DNA from: Nitrosopumilaceae archaeon
GTDB lineage: Archaea; Thermoproteota; Nitrososphaeria; Nitrososphaerales; Nitrosopumilaceae
Reading direction: 5' to 3'
DNA length: 64,000 nucleotides
Assembly (NCBI GenBank): GCA_965209085.1
Contig: OZ242376.1
Location: 480,001 to 544,000, forward strand
A program made the translations under genes and the position numbers. Under the pieces are notes generated by a model. The model did no database searches. It was not told where the DNA came from and saw only the letters and a program-made list of their open reading frames with translations. This document shows, in pieces, positions 10,356 to 20,377 of the stretch. Numbering within the stretch: the first letter of the stretch is position 1; the number at the start of each line of letters is the position of its first letter.

Positions 10356-12514
10356 GTCTTACAAATGATGAGATGATACATTTGCGCTCAAGTCTAAAGC
10401 GTAACCCCACATCCACGGAACTAGACGTAGTCTCTGCAGAGTGGTCCGAGCACTGCTCGTACAAGTCCTCAAAGATGCATCTTGGACAGCTTCCAAATTC
10501 GGGCAAACTTGTCATATCCGAAAAAGGATACGATTCTGGTGTGCTTGATGTCGGGGACGGATACGTGGTAACTGTCCATATTGAAAGCCACAACCATCCT
10601 TCCGCCATCGAACCCTATGGCGGGGCGGCAACAGGTGTAGGCGGCGTGATACGGGACATACTCTCTGCTGGAACACGGCCCATTGCAATACTTGACGGAC
10701 TGCGGTTTGGCAACATACGCAAGGATGCGCATGCTGCATGGCTTTTTAGAAAAGCAGTATCCGGAATTGCAGCATACGGCAACTGTCTTGGAATACCAAC
10801 AGTCGGCGGAGAGATTGAATTTGATTCCTCGTATTCTGGATACGCCCTTGTGGATGTGGCAGCGGTGGGATTTGGAAAAAAAGATCTCTTGATTAAAAAC
10901 CGTGCAAAATCAGGAGATGTGGTTGTTTTACTTGGAGGTCCCACCGGCCGCGACGGGATGGGAGGTGCACAGTTTGCATCAGACAGTCTTAAATCCGAAG
11001 ACCGCTCCGCAGTGCAGATTCCTGATCCGTTTATCGAGAAAATGATCATAGAGGCGATATTGGATGCCCGGCGGGAGGGTCTGCTTCACGCCGTAAAGGA
11101 TCTTGGAGGAGGGGGACTCTCTTGTGCAATATCTGAAACCGCCGATGCATTATCCATAGGAATACGCATGGACGTATCCCGGGTGCACACTAGGGGATCA
11201 AAGATGCTGCCGCACGAGATAATGGTTTCTGAATCCCAGGAGCGCATGCTGATAATAACAACAAGATCCAAACTCAAACGTCTGCAGGAAATATGCAAAA
11301 AATACGGGGTGGCATGCTCTGATATCGGCCAGGTTACTAGTGATGGATTAATGCACGTAAAAAACGGCGCCAAAACCGTCGTTAAAATACGTGCAAAGAC
11401 GGTTGCAAACGCACCCTTACTTGATCTTCCATCAGTGCGTCCAAAATATTTGGATAATCTGCCAGATGGCTCTAATATCAAAACCCCCGCAAATCTCTCA
11501 AAACTCTTGCTAGAACTGCTTTCAAGTCCAAACATTGCCTCAAGGGAGCCGGTATACTCGCAGTATGATCATGAAGTGGGAATACGCACAATGGTTCGGC
11601 CGGGCAGGGATGCGGCACTGCTGAGGCTTGATAACGGAAAATACCTCTCGATGACGATGGATGGCAATCCGCGGCAGTGTTATGTAAATCCCAGGCGCGG
11701 AGCTGCCGGATGCTTTGAGGAGGCATGCCGTAATGTGGTGTGCACAGGCGCTCGGCCAATCGGAATGGTGGATCATCTGCAGTTTGGTGATCCAAATGAT
11801 CCTGAGATTTTCTGGACGTTTCTTGAATCACTCAAAGGAATAACTGAATGTGCAAAACGTCTGCAGATACCGTGCGTCGGGGGCAAGGTGAGCCTATACA
11901 ATGAGACGCCAAACGGTCCGATAAAACCCACTCCTGTTATAGGAGTGCTCGGCCTTGCAGAAAAACCGTTCTTGGCACAATCTGTAACCCGTGGAGATCA
12001 GCTTGTAATCGTAGGGGAGACAAAGGATGAGATGGGCGGCTCTGAATACTTTGAAGAGGTACATGCCATTAGCGGCGGGACGTGCCCGAGTGTTGATTAT
12101 GCAGCATCCTGCAAAAACTCCTCGTGTGTTTTACATGCTATAGAAAACGGAATGGTTTGTGCAGTACATGACTGCTCAAAGGGGGGACTTGCCGTTGCCA
12201 TATCTGAAATGTGCGTGTGTGATGGCATCGGATGCAGGGTGTACACCAATTTGATTCCTGCAGAAAAGATGCCCATCGACAGACTGCTCTTCTCTGAGAG
12301 TCATTCAAGATATCTTTTGGTCGTTCCACGATCAGATCTAAAACGCACCCTTGAATATCTTGAAAAAAGAAAATTAAAACATGCGGTAATTGGGGAATTT
12401 GGCGGCGATGTGATATCATTTGACGGAGACAAAAAACATACAGGTTTTGCCGTAAAACTAATGGTTGATAAGGCACAAAAAGCATGGCAAAACGGGTTGA
12501 TAGGTCTAATATGA
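10352..12514 (+). CDS. purL: FGAM synthase subunit PurL
   Basis: WSEHCSYKSS, ESHNHPS, SESQERM. Confidence 0.97.
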   Translation: MSLTNDEMIHLRSSLKRNPTSTELDVVSAEWSEHCSYKSSKMHLGQLPNSGKLVISEKGYDSGVLDVGDGYVVTVHIESHNHPSAIEPYGGAATGVGGVIRDILSAGTRPIAILDGLRFGNIRKDAHAAWLFRKAVSGIAAYGNCLGIPTVGGEIEFDSSYSGYALVDVAAVGFGKKDLLIKNRAKSGDVVVLLGGPTGRDGMGGAQFASDSLKSEDRSAVQIPDPFIEKMIIEAILDARREGLLHAVKDLGGGGLSCAISETADALSIGIRMDVSRVHTRGSKMLPHEIMVSESQERMLIITTRSKLKRLQEICKKYGVACSDIGQVTSDGLMHVKNGAKTVVKIRAKTVANAPLLDLPSVRPKYLDNLPDGSNIKTPANLSKLLLELLSSPNIASREPVYSQYDHEVGIRTMVRPGRDAALLRLDNGKYLSMTMDGNPRQCYVNPRRGAAGCFEEACRNVVCTGARPIGMVDHLQFGDPNDPEIFWTFLESLKGITECAKRLQIPCVGGKVSLYNETPNGPIKPTPVIGVLGLAEKPFLAQSVTRGDQLVIVGETKDEMGGSEYFEEVHAISGGTCPSVDYAASCKNSSCVLHAIENGMVCAVHDCSKGGLAVAISEMCVCDGIGCRVYTNLIPAEKMPIDRLLFSESHSRYLLVVPRSDLKRTLEYLEKRKLKHAVIGEFGGDVISFDGDKKHTGFAVKLMVDKAQKAWQNGLIGLI

Positions 12515-13956
12515 CCCGGCAGGCAAGAGAAAACTGCGGAGTCGTGGGAATATTCAGCCTTGATGGAAAAAATGTCATCCCGATGGCATTTGATGCGCTT
12601 CGTGCAGTACAGCACCGGGGGCAGGAAGCGTGGGGAATTGCAATTCCAAATAAAATTCCCTTCAAGCGGACAGGACTAGTCTCTGAATCCTCAAAGGATT
12701 TTAAAAATCTCATGCAAGAGTACAACTCACCGTGCGCCATAGGTCATGTGCGGTATTCCACAATGGGGAAAAGCAGTCTAGAGAATGCACAGCCCCTCAA
12801 AGTGCGGGATTTGTGCGTGGCACACAATGGGACTATAAACAACGTACAAGAGCTCTCCAATCTTGTAGGCGGATGCTCGTTTACCCCCCAGAGTGCAAGC
12901 GATACGCTAGTGGCAGCGCAGCGTCTAGTCGACCTCATATCAAAAAAAGGCAACATGGGAGCGGCACTCTCTGTTTTGAAAAACGAGATGATAGGATCTT
13001 ATTGTTTTACATTTATCTCCGATGATGGCTCAGTATACGCTGCAAGGGATCCAAAAGGATTCCGGCCGATGGTTTTGGGATATAAAAAAGATACAAACAC
13101 GTACATTGTCGCATCCGAATCAGTCGCACTCTCTTCCATAGGTGCAGAATTAGAACGTGACATACGTCCGGGGGAGCTTGTACGGATGAGCAAAAAAGGA
13201 ATTGAATCTGAAATGTTCTCCGATGATGTATGCAAGGCACACTGTTCGTTTGAATTTACATATTTTGCACACCCTTCAAGCAAAATGGAAGGATCCAACA
13301 TTTATCTTGCAAGAAAACGCATCGGGCAGTTTCTGGCGAAAAAATTCCCAATAAAGGATGCTGACCTTGTAATTCCGGTACCGGATTCGGCGCGTCCTGC
13401 AGCTTTGGGTTTTGCACAGGAATCTGGAATTCCATTTGATGAGGGACTGCTAAAGGACCGGTATAGCAAAAAAGGTCCACTGCGCAGCTTTATTGAACCG
13501 CATCAGAGTGACCGCATAGAGATAAACCGGTGGATAATTCCAATTAAAGAGATTGTGGATGGAAAACATGTGGTGGTCATAGACGATAGCCTCGTGCGGG
13601 GTACAAGCTCGCGTGCAATAATAAAGGCGCTAAGACGTGCCGGTGCCAAAAAAATAAGCATGCTTGTAACGTATCCTCCCATACAGTATCCATGCTATGC
13701 CGGAATAGACTTTCCCTCCCAGGAAGAGCTTGCCACGTATTCCAAAGAAGGGCATGCCTCAGAGGAGGCGATGATAAAAAAGGTACGCACTAGTATTGGG
13801 GCCGATTTTCTAGGGTACAATGATTCAACAAACCTTGCAAATGCCATCGGCATGAATGAGGACTCTATGTGTTTTACATGCTCTACTGGAAATTACGAGT
13901 CGCTTGGAATAACGCCTGAATTTAAAAACCGTCTAAAGATAAAGGGCAAACCGTAA
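12484..13956 (+). CDS. purF: Amidophosphoribosyltransferase
   Basis: CGVVG, QHRGQEA, GHVRYST, DDSLVRGT. Confidence 0.97.
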   Translation: MAKRVDRSNMTRQARENCGVVGIFSLDGKNVIPMAFDALRAVQHRGQEAWGIAIPNKIPFKRTGLVSESSKDFKNLMQEYNSPCAIGHVRYSTMGKSSLENAQPLKVRDLCVAHNGTINNVQELSNLVGGCSFTPQSASDTLVAAQRLVDLISKKGNMGAALSVLKNEMIGSYCFTFISDDGSVYAARDPKGFRPMVLGYKKDTNTYIVASESVALSSIGAELERDIRPGELVRMSKKGIESEMFSDDVCKAHCSFEFTYFAHPSSKMEGSNIYLARKRIGQFLAKKFPIKDADLVIPVPDSARPAALGFAQESGIPFDEGLLKDRYSKKGPLRSFIEPHQSDRIEINRWIIPIKEIVDGKHVVVIDDSLVRGTSSRAIIKALRRAGAKKISMLVTYPPIQYPCYAGIDFPSQEELATYSKEGHASEEAMIKKVRTSIGADFLGYNDSTNLANAIGMNEDSMCFTCSTGNYESLGITPEFKNRLKIKGKP

Positions 13957-13988
13957 AAGATTAAACGTAATGTCTGCAGTCTCGCAGT

Positions 13989-14501
13989 ATGTCCGAATCG
14001 CTTATCGATATAAAGGCCAGAATTTTAAAACTGGACTCGCAGCTGCATAATGCCGGAGATGCCCCAAATCCGGCACCTGAAATGCTTGATGCGACAAACG
14101 CTCTCCGATTATGCGAGCATTTTGCCGAAATTGATTCTATAAAATCCGAATTAATTGGGACATATGTCCAGTATTCTGCAGGTCTTGAAGAGATGGTGGG
14201 TGAGGCACTGCAAATCCAAAAAGATCTGAGTGCGCTTTTGTCAAAAAAATCAAAACGTCCTGTGAAAAAACCGCAAAGAGAAACCACTGCAAAAAGAAAA
14301 CCTCCACTGCGTAAAATTACGATTCGTAAAAAACCATCAAAGAAAAAACCGCAGAAAAAAACTCTTGCAAAAAGAAAAACCCTGAAAAGAAAACCATCAC
14401 TGCGTAAAATTACGATTCGTAAAAAACTCTCAAAGAAAAAACCGCAGAAAAAAACAACTAGGAGAAAATCTTCAACAAAACATAAATCATCTAGACGTTA
14501 A
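13989..14501 (+). CDS. Hypothetical protein: helical N-terminus and Lys/Arg-rich repetitive tail
   Basis: C-terminal half is K/R-rich with a 93-bp (31-aa) duplication. Confidence 0.7.
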   Translation: MSESLIDIKARILKLDSQLHNAGDAPNPAPEMLDATNALRLCEHFAEIDSIKSELIGTYVQYSAGLEEMVGEALQIQKDLSALLSKKSKRPVKKPQRETTAKRKPPLRKITIRKKPSKKKPQKKTLAKRKTLKRKPSLRKITIRKKLSKKKPQKKTTRRKSSTKHKSSRR

Positions 14502-14505
14502 TTTC

Positions 14506-15471
14506 TCATATCGTACCTGAAATAATCCTGTGAAATTCCTCTCCACTCTGCAAAACCAGTGCGCCATCCGGGTCCAGCCTTACTGCAATACCTTGCACGG
14601 TTTTACCTTTTGATTTGACTGTAACTTTTGAGCCTATCGTATCTGATGCATCAGTCCAGCGTTTTATCATATTTTTGCCCCCATCCTTCACCATAGAATC
14701 GATTTGCTCTTCTAAATTTAATAGAAATTTTTGAATTATTGGCACCTTGAGTCCTGCTCCCTTTAACACTGTAACATCGTCCCTTTTTGTTGATTTTTTT
14801 ATCTCATCTATCTTGAGATCATAGTTTACTCCAACGCCCAATACAACCTGGTTTAATCCATCCGAATCCAGTATGGCATCTGTGATTATACCTGCAACTT
14901 TTTTACCGTCCACGAGAAGATCATTTGGCCATTTTAATTTTGTATCTGCGTCAAGTATCTCACGTATTGCATCTGCAAGTGATACTGCAGCGGCAATCGG
15001 AAACAATGTGGGCTCAAAATTTGAGGATGCTCCAAGTATTACGGACATCCATATTCCGCCCTTTGGAGATACCCATACATTTTTTCCTCTACCACGCCCG
15101 GCATTTTGTTCTTCTGCTATCACAATGGCGCCGTTTTTTGCCGGATCTTTTGCCATCTCTACTGCGTAATCCTGCGTAGAATCAATATAGTCAAAATGGT
15201 ATGCGATTTGGCCAAGCATCTTTGTCTGAATGCCATCATCTATCTCCCACGGGTATGCTGCATCCATTGGCTGCAAAAGCCTGTACCCGTAGGTTTTATC
15301 CGATTCTATGGAATACCCCAGTGTGCGAAGTCTTTCGATATGTTTCCATACTGCTATGCGGCTTATCTTTAAAACATCGCTGAGATCCTGACCTGAAAGA
15401 TATTCTGAACCGTGCTCTTTTAAAAGCGAGAGAAGACGTACAAATCTTGGCGGATCGTATGATGTGTACAT
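14506..15471 (-). CDS. birA: Bifunctional biotin-protein ligase/repressor
   Basis: N-terminal HTH (SGQDLS...ISRIAVWKHI), GRGR, KWPND, KVAGI. Confidence 0.95.
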   Translation of the reverse strand: MYTSYDPPRFVRLLSLLKEHGSEYLSGQDLSDVLKISRIAVWKHIERLRTLGYSIESDKTYGYRLLQPMDAAYPWEIDDGIQTKMLGQIAYHFDYIDSTQDYAVEMAKDPAKNGAIVIAEEQNAGRGRGKNVWVSPKGGIWMSVILGASSNFEPTLFPIAAAVSLADAIREILDADTKLKWPNDLLVDGKKVAGIITDAILDSDGLNQVVLGVGVNYDLKIDEIKKSTKRDDVTVLKGAGLKVPIIQKFLLNLEEQIDSMVKDGGKNMIKRWTDASDTIGSKVTVKSKGKTVQGIAVRLDPDGALVLQSGEEFHRIISGTI

Positions 15472-15507
15472 TGCAACGTAAAGCCCGTTGCGGCATTTAT
15501 CATTATG

Positions 15508-15996
15508 CTAAAACCCTTTGTCCAAGTCAAAATCGCCGGCATCGCCTGAGTCACCCGTGCCCGTATCGGGCATCTGATCCGCTGGGACATAGTCTCCGGC
15601 ACTAGCTCCTATCATACTAAACATGGCACTAAACATCATCATGTCCATTACTCCAAAGAACATCATCATGGGAAGGAAACTGCGGTTATCGTCCATGAAT
15701 CCCTTCATTTTTTTCTTGTCGCCTGTCTTTTGCAGGGCAATCATCTTGCCCCAACGTTCCTGCATTTGGGATATTCTTAATTCAAGCTCATCCTGCCCTT
15801 TTGGTGTGGCGTGAATCTCTATTGATTTTCCAAGCCATCCTTTCTTTTCCTCAACTATAATCATGCTTTGCTCTTCTAGATGCTCCAAGATGGTGTTTAT
15901 CTCCTTTGGGTCTATGTTTGTCTTTGAGCGTATTTTATCGAATTTTTTTGCACCGCGGCGTACTGCTCCCAGTACGATAATCTCGTTTGGTTCCAT
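15508..15996 (-). CDS. Winged-helix protein with Met-rich hydrophobic C-terminal segment
   Basis: wHTH-like N-terminus, MMMFFGVMDMMMF segment, acidic tail. Confidence 0.65.
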   Translation of the reverse strand: MEPNEIIVLGAVRRGAKKFDKIRSKTNIDPKEINTILEHLEEQSMIIVEEKKGWLGKSIEIHATPKGQDELELRISQMQERWGKMIALQKTGDKKKMKGFMDDNRSFLPMMMFFGVMDMMMFSAMFSMIGASAGDYVPADQMPDTGTGDSGDAGDFDLDKGF

Positions 15997-16282
15997 AAAG
16001 TATCTGTAAAATACACTAGTATAAATTCGATATCATGTTAAAAATTCTCTTATGAACGATCGAGTTCTTTTTGTTATAAACTTGTACGGTTTTGTTTAAA
16101 ATGGTGTACATCTATCGCTATGGGTCAGTCTCCACATTTGTAGATTTTGAATCCGACGGATCATATTCGTGATTAAATAGCACGTGGTTTTCGCTTGTAT
16201 GGCATCAAAGTTCAACCTGTGATACGCACTCACAATACAAGAACTTAACGGACATTTGTGCCTTTCACTCATCTGATGTGAT

Positions 16283-16516
16283 GTGGAAGATAAATCAACT
16301 AGATTATTTACGATAGATCTTCTTGGTGAAAATCTGATTAATACAATAACAGTAATCGGTTTGTTTGTGGTTTTAGTAAATCTGCATTTTAAGATGTTTA
16401 ATTATTGGGATTTTACACAAGTGGAATTAATGTTGACAATAGTTGGAATTGGTGCTGGTTTGTTTGGGTATTGGATGTGGAAGAAGTGGTTTAATCTAAA
16501 AATGATCATTTTTTGA
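16283..16516 (+). CDS. Small two-TM hypothetical protein (island)
   Basis: 77-aa ORF with two hydrophobic helices in an AT-rich region. Confidence 0.5.
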   Translation: MEDKSTRLFTIDLLGENLINTITVIGLFVVLVNLHFKMFNYWDFTQVELMLTIVGIGAGLFGYWMWKKWFNLKMIIF

Positions 16517-16844
16517 CATATGACGATAAACTTTTAGATCGCAAGATACTCCATGAGTAAGATGAATAGAATAATGCCGTCTATAACAGATGATATTAAC
16601 ATAAAGAAATGAGGGGTAATGAATTAGGTCAAAATTTGAAGAAATTTTTTTAACAAACATGGATCAAACATTGACATTTGTTAATGGAAATGGAATAATA
16701 ATTGGTAAAAAACTTGAAGATGTTGAAAAAACGCTTGAGGATCATACGGGCAAATTAAATGAGATTGGAGATGTGTTAAATGCGCTTTAAAGTAGATTTG
16801 ATAGAACGGATGAGAAATTAGATGAACTGTTGTGTAAAACACCC

Positions 16845-16887
16845 GATCCTTAACACTATTTTTAGCACCTGTAGGTTGAACAGTACC
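16845..16887. repeat. Left copy of imperfect direct repeat flanking the two-gene cassette
   Basis: GATCCTTAACAC-N14-GTAGGTTGAACAGTACC matches GATCCTTAACAC-N15-GCAGATTGAACAGTACC at 18392-18435. Confidence 0.75.
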
Positions 16888-16895
16888 AAATAAAA

Positions 16896-17591
16896 TCATG
16901 CATAATTAATCATTACATCATCAACAATTTTGACAAATTCATTATTGAAATTTTTGCCCTGAATTAAAATTTTATCTTTATATAGTTCAATATTTATATT
17001 ATCATTACTACCACTTATAAAATCTAATTTTCCTAAATCTAAAATTTTATTTATTTTGTCCAATGAGTTTAATTCACAACTTAATACAAATTGTTCGTTC
17101 AAATGAATATCTATGTTGTTTAAATTATCTTTTAAATGCATCAGAATATCCATATAATTAATTATGTTCGATTTCAAATTACTTGTTTTGCATTTTATTT
17201 TAAAAGTACATTCTAATTGCTCAACATATTCATCATCAATGTTTTCATCATCTTTGGTAATAATATCCATTTTAATTTCTATTTCTTGTGATCCATTTTT
17301 TACATTAAATGAAAAACAATTATTATTTTCTCGAATATCTTCATATGCATCTGTAAGTTTAGTTTTTAATTTTGTTTTAAATTCATCAGCTTTAATGTTT
17401 TCCATATTGATCGATTTAACAATTAATGCAGTAGTTACATCTTTACTAAAAACATATCTAGCATATTTATTATAATGATATGTTGGTTTTTCTTTAAATC
17501 TACGTGGGATCATTCGATATACTAGTGACGATATCCCTAAGGTAACAGATATAATTGTTATAAATCCCCACCAATCAATCATGTGTTCCAT
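16896..17591 (-). CDS. Uncharacterised N-terminally membrane-anchored protein (island gene B)
   Basis: 231 aa, one N-terminal TM helix then an alpha/beta region; AT-rich; 6 nt downstream of gene A. Confidence 0.8.
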   Translation of the reverse strand: MEHMIDWWGFITIISVTLGISSLVYRMIPRRFKEKPTYHYNKYARYVFSKDVTTALIVKSINMENIKADEFKTKLKTKLTDAYEDIRENNNCFSFNVKNGSQEIEIKMDIITKDDENIDDEYVEQLECTFKIKCKTSNLKSNIINYMDILMHLKDNLNNIDIHLNEQFVLSCELNSLDKINKILDLGKLDFISGSNDNINIELYKDKILIQGKNFNNEFVKIVDDVMINYA

Positions 17592-17597
17592 AATCCA

Positions 17598-18278
17598 TCA
17601 TGTACATAATGGAATAATATCTCTTAAAATGAATTGTTCTTGATTCTCTGATTCCATTTTATTACGTATTGACACAGTTGCAGTTTGACTTATGCTTAAT
17701 GTAACATCACTACCAGGTATGTTAAAGAATACGTTATTTCTAATTCCATGTTTGTCATATCTTATGAAATCCTGGGTGGCATCTATTAAATTCCCAGTTA
17801 TGTGCGCGTTAGATAATGCTGGCAGATCTAAATCTTTCCAACTACATCCTTTAATTATACATTTATTAATCTTTAAGTAAGCTTCTAATTTATCTTGGTG
17901 TATTTTTCTATTAAGTATAGGATCACTTTTATCATTAAATACAATGTTTGAAAGTAAATGTGCAGTTTTTGATGCTGATTGAAATGAATCATGGACAAAT
18001 AAATTTAAACTACCTTTATGAAATGTAAATGGTGTGATTCTTACCTTCTGTATAGATTTTTGTTTTCCTTCCCGATCCTGCCACTTGTCTAGATAATCTT
18101 GTTTCACAATACCGCCAACGTAATTCTCTTTAAATATAATATCATCAATGGTTGTCTTTAAAGTTACAGATTCTCCCTCTGGTGTGCTCGCAATTTCTTT
18201 AATTGGTTTAATGTGAAGTTTCTTCTTTATATCCTTAATACTCATATTTTCAATTACTTCAAATATGGTAATTCCCAT
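17598..18278 (-). CDS. Uncharacterised soluble alpha/beta protein (island gene A)
   Basis: ORF track 17598..18338; likely ATG 18278 (MGITIFEV); AT-rich. Confidence 0.8.
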   Translation of the reverse strand: MGITIFEVIENMSIKDIKKKLHIKPIKEIASTPEGESVTLKTTIDDIIFKENYVGGIVKQDYLDKWQDREGKQKSIQKVRITPFTFHKGSLNLFVHDSFQSASKTAHLLSNIVFNDKSDPILNRKIHQDKLEAYLKINKCIIKGCSWKDLDLPALSNAHITGNLIDATQDFIRYDKHGIRNNVFFNIPGSDVTLSISQTATVSIRNKMESENQEQFILRDIIPLCT

Positions 18279-18391
18279 ATTATTAATATTCATATGCAAT
18301 AATATAAAGAATTGGTAGATCTGTTTATCCAGATTCAAAAAATATACATTATTTATTAATAATTTTAATAAAAATCATCATTTCATCCACT

Positions 18392-18530
18392 GATCCTTAA
18401 CACCAGTCTGTAATCCTCGCAGATTGAACAGTACCCCTTCCGTCTAGAACTCTAGCAGATTGAACAGTACCTTTCACATCTGATGATCCTGTAGATTGAA
18501 CAGTGCTCTATAGTAGAGTGAACAGATCTG
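18392..18530. repeat. Mini tandem array, 36-bp period, core GYAGATTGAACAGTRC
   Basis: Core copies start at 18419, 18455 and 18491, with a degenerate copy at 18513; variable ~19-nt intervening sequences. Confidence 0.8.
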
Positions 18531-18624
18531 TAGGTAAATTTAACATATGGAATTAAACAAAACCTCAGATGTTGAAGATCTAGGAATGAATTGAATGTGA
18601 ATGATATACAAATTTCAAGATATT

Positions 18625-20004
18625 TTAGCGATCTTTTACCATCCACAAAGTGCGTCCAGCTTCATCTTTTATCTCCACATTCATGTTTTTCAGCTCGTCC
18701 CTTAACGCATCAGACTCTGCATATTTTTTCTGCTCGCGTAACTCATTCCGCCTCTTCAATATCTGATTGATACGAATCATCTCATCATTTGATGGAACCT
18801 TTATGACAAGTCCCAGAGTATTCATCATGTATTCAAACACGGGACGAATTTCACCTGCCATCCCCTGAGACATCTTTGCACCCATGCCAATACAATATGA
18901 TGATAGTACATTTAACGCAACCAGTGCCCCATGCGTGTTCAAATCATCATCTAGTGCTGCATCAAAATCTTTTCTCATCTCTGCAACCTTTACAGAATCT
19001 CCAACGCCTGATTTGCACTGTAGCAACATGTTGTATGCAAGCCTTGTCCTGTTCCAATTTGACTCGTGCTCATCAAGGGACTCTTCTGTATAATCAACGG
19101 GCTTTGAATAATGCGCTCCAAGACAAAACATCCGTATCACATTTGGACTGCGTTTGTTCAATACTGCCGCCACCTGCCTTACATTTCCAACTGATTTTGA
19201 CATTTTTTCACCATCCACTGTAACCATTCCCACATGCATCCAAGTTTTTGCCATGGGTTTGCCGTTTTTAGATTCAGACTGGGCTATCTCATTTTCATGG
19301 TGGGGAAAAATCAAATCCCGGCCTCCACCGTGTATCTCAAATGTATCCCCAAGATATTTCTGGCATATTACAGAGCATTCTATGTGCCATCCTGGCCTCC
19401 CCTTCCCCCACGGACTCTCCCATGATGGCTCATCATCTGAGTTTTTCCACAGGGCAAAATCCAAAGGATTGCGCTTGCGCTCGTCAACTTGAACTCTGGC
19501 ACCTGCCTGCAGATCCTCAATATTTTTTTTTGAAAGTTTGCCGTATTTGGAAAATTTCTCCACTGCAAAATATGCGCCATTCTCTGTCACATATGCTGCA
19601 TCCGACTCTACCAGTTTTGATATAAATTCAATCATGTCTGCAATGTGTTCGGTGGCTCTTGGATATGCAAATGCACGCTTTACATTTAACGCATCAAAGC
19701 ACTCGTAATAATCCTGTATGTATTTTTCACTGACATCTTTGGCAGTAGAGCCATCCTTTACAGCCCTTGCAATTATTTTATCATCAACATCGGTAAAATT
19801 TTGCACAAGTTTAACACGCACTCCTTTTGATTCCAAATGCCGGCGTAACGCATCAAAGACCACTATGGTCCGTGCATGACCCATGTGTGATTTATCATAC
19901 ACTGTAACACCGCACAGGTATATTGAAATCTCCTCGCCATCAACTGTATTCTGATTGCCGGACATTGTATCGGATATTTTCATACCAACAATACACTCAA
20001 ACAT
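18625..20004 (-). CDS. cysS: Cysteinyl-tRNA synthetase
   Basis: CGVTVYD-HMGH, GRPGWHIECS, FPHHENE, KMSKS. Confidence 0.97.
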   Translation of the reverse strand: MFECIVGMKISDTMSGNQNTVDGEEISIYLCGVTVYDKSHMGHARTIVVFDALRRHLESKGVRVKLVQNFTDVDDKIIARAVKDGSTAKDVSEKYIQDYYECFDALNVKRAFAYPRATEHIADMIEFISKLVESDAAYVTENGAYFAVEKFSKYGKLSKKNIEDLQAGARVQVDERKRNPLDFALWKNSDDEPSWESPWGKGRPGWHIECSVICQKYLGDTFEIHGGGRDLIFPHHENEIAQSESKNGKPMAKTWMHVGMVTVDGEKMSKSVGNVRQVAAVLNKRSPNVIRMFCLGAHYSKPVDYTEESLDEHESNWNRTRLAYNMLLQCKSGVGDSVKVAEMRKDFDAALDDDLNTHGALVALNVLSSYCIGMGAKMSQGMAGEIRPVFEYMMNTLGLVIKVPSNDEMIRINQILKRRNELREQKKYAESDALRDELKNMNVEIKDEAGRTLWMVKDR

Positions 20005-20299
20005 CTATGTATATTTGCCCGTTTTCTTCCTTTACGTCGTATTTTTGGAGCTGTACATCATTTAGATAATCCAATAATTTGCCAGTCTTTATGTCATAAT
20101 GCCAAAAATGCAGCGGACATTCGACCACCGTACCCTCTAATTTACCATAAGCTATGGAGCCGTCCTGATGCACACATACGGCATCTAGGGCGTGGTATCC
20201 TTCCTGGTTGAATACTGCTATGCGCTTTCCTTTGAGCCTAATCTCTTTTCCGCCGCCCTGGGGTATCTCGCCCTTTTTTGCAATTTTCTGCCATGCCAT
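19997..20299 (-). CDS. Rieske [2Fe-2S] ferredoxin
   Basis: CVHQ...CPLH Rieske motifs. Confidence 0.9.
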   Translation of the reverse strand: MAWQKIAKKGEIPQGGGKEIRLKGKRIAVFNQEGYHALDAVCVHQDGSIAYGKLEGTVVECPLHFWHYDIKTGKLLDYLNDVQLQKYDVKEENGQIYIDV

Positions 20300-20377
20300 G
20301 CGAAAAACATCATACAGCCGCTTATTTATCTTGACGTACGGTATAGGGTTTTATAGCATTATTTCAAAGCCGCACAT

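Noticed and set aside
16020-16280. Possible transposase remnant at the left edge of island 1
   Set aside because: No convincing DDE motif or TIR could be read; multiple stops in the frames examined.
16659-16790. 43-aa ORF MDQTLTFVNGNGIIIGKKLEDVEKTLEDH...
   Set aside because: Probably a decayed coiled-coil gene fragment; too short and featureless to call.
18392-18530. Canonical CRISPR array
   Set aside because: Only 3-4 units, a ~17-nt core and ~19-nt spacers, with no cas genes in the window; kept only as an unexplained mini array.
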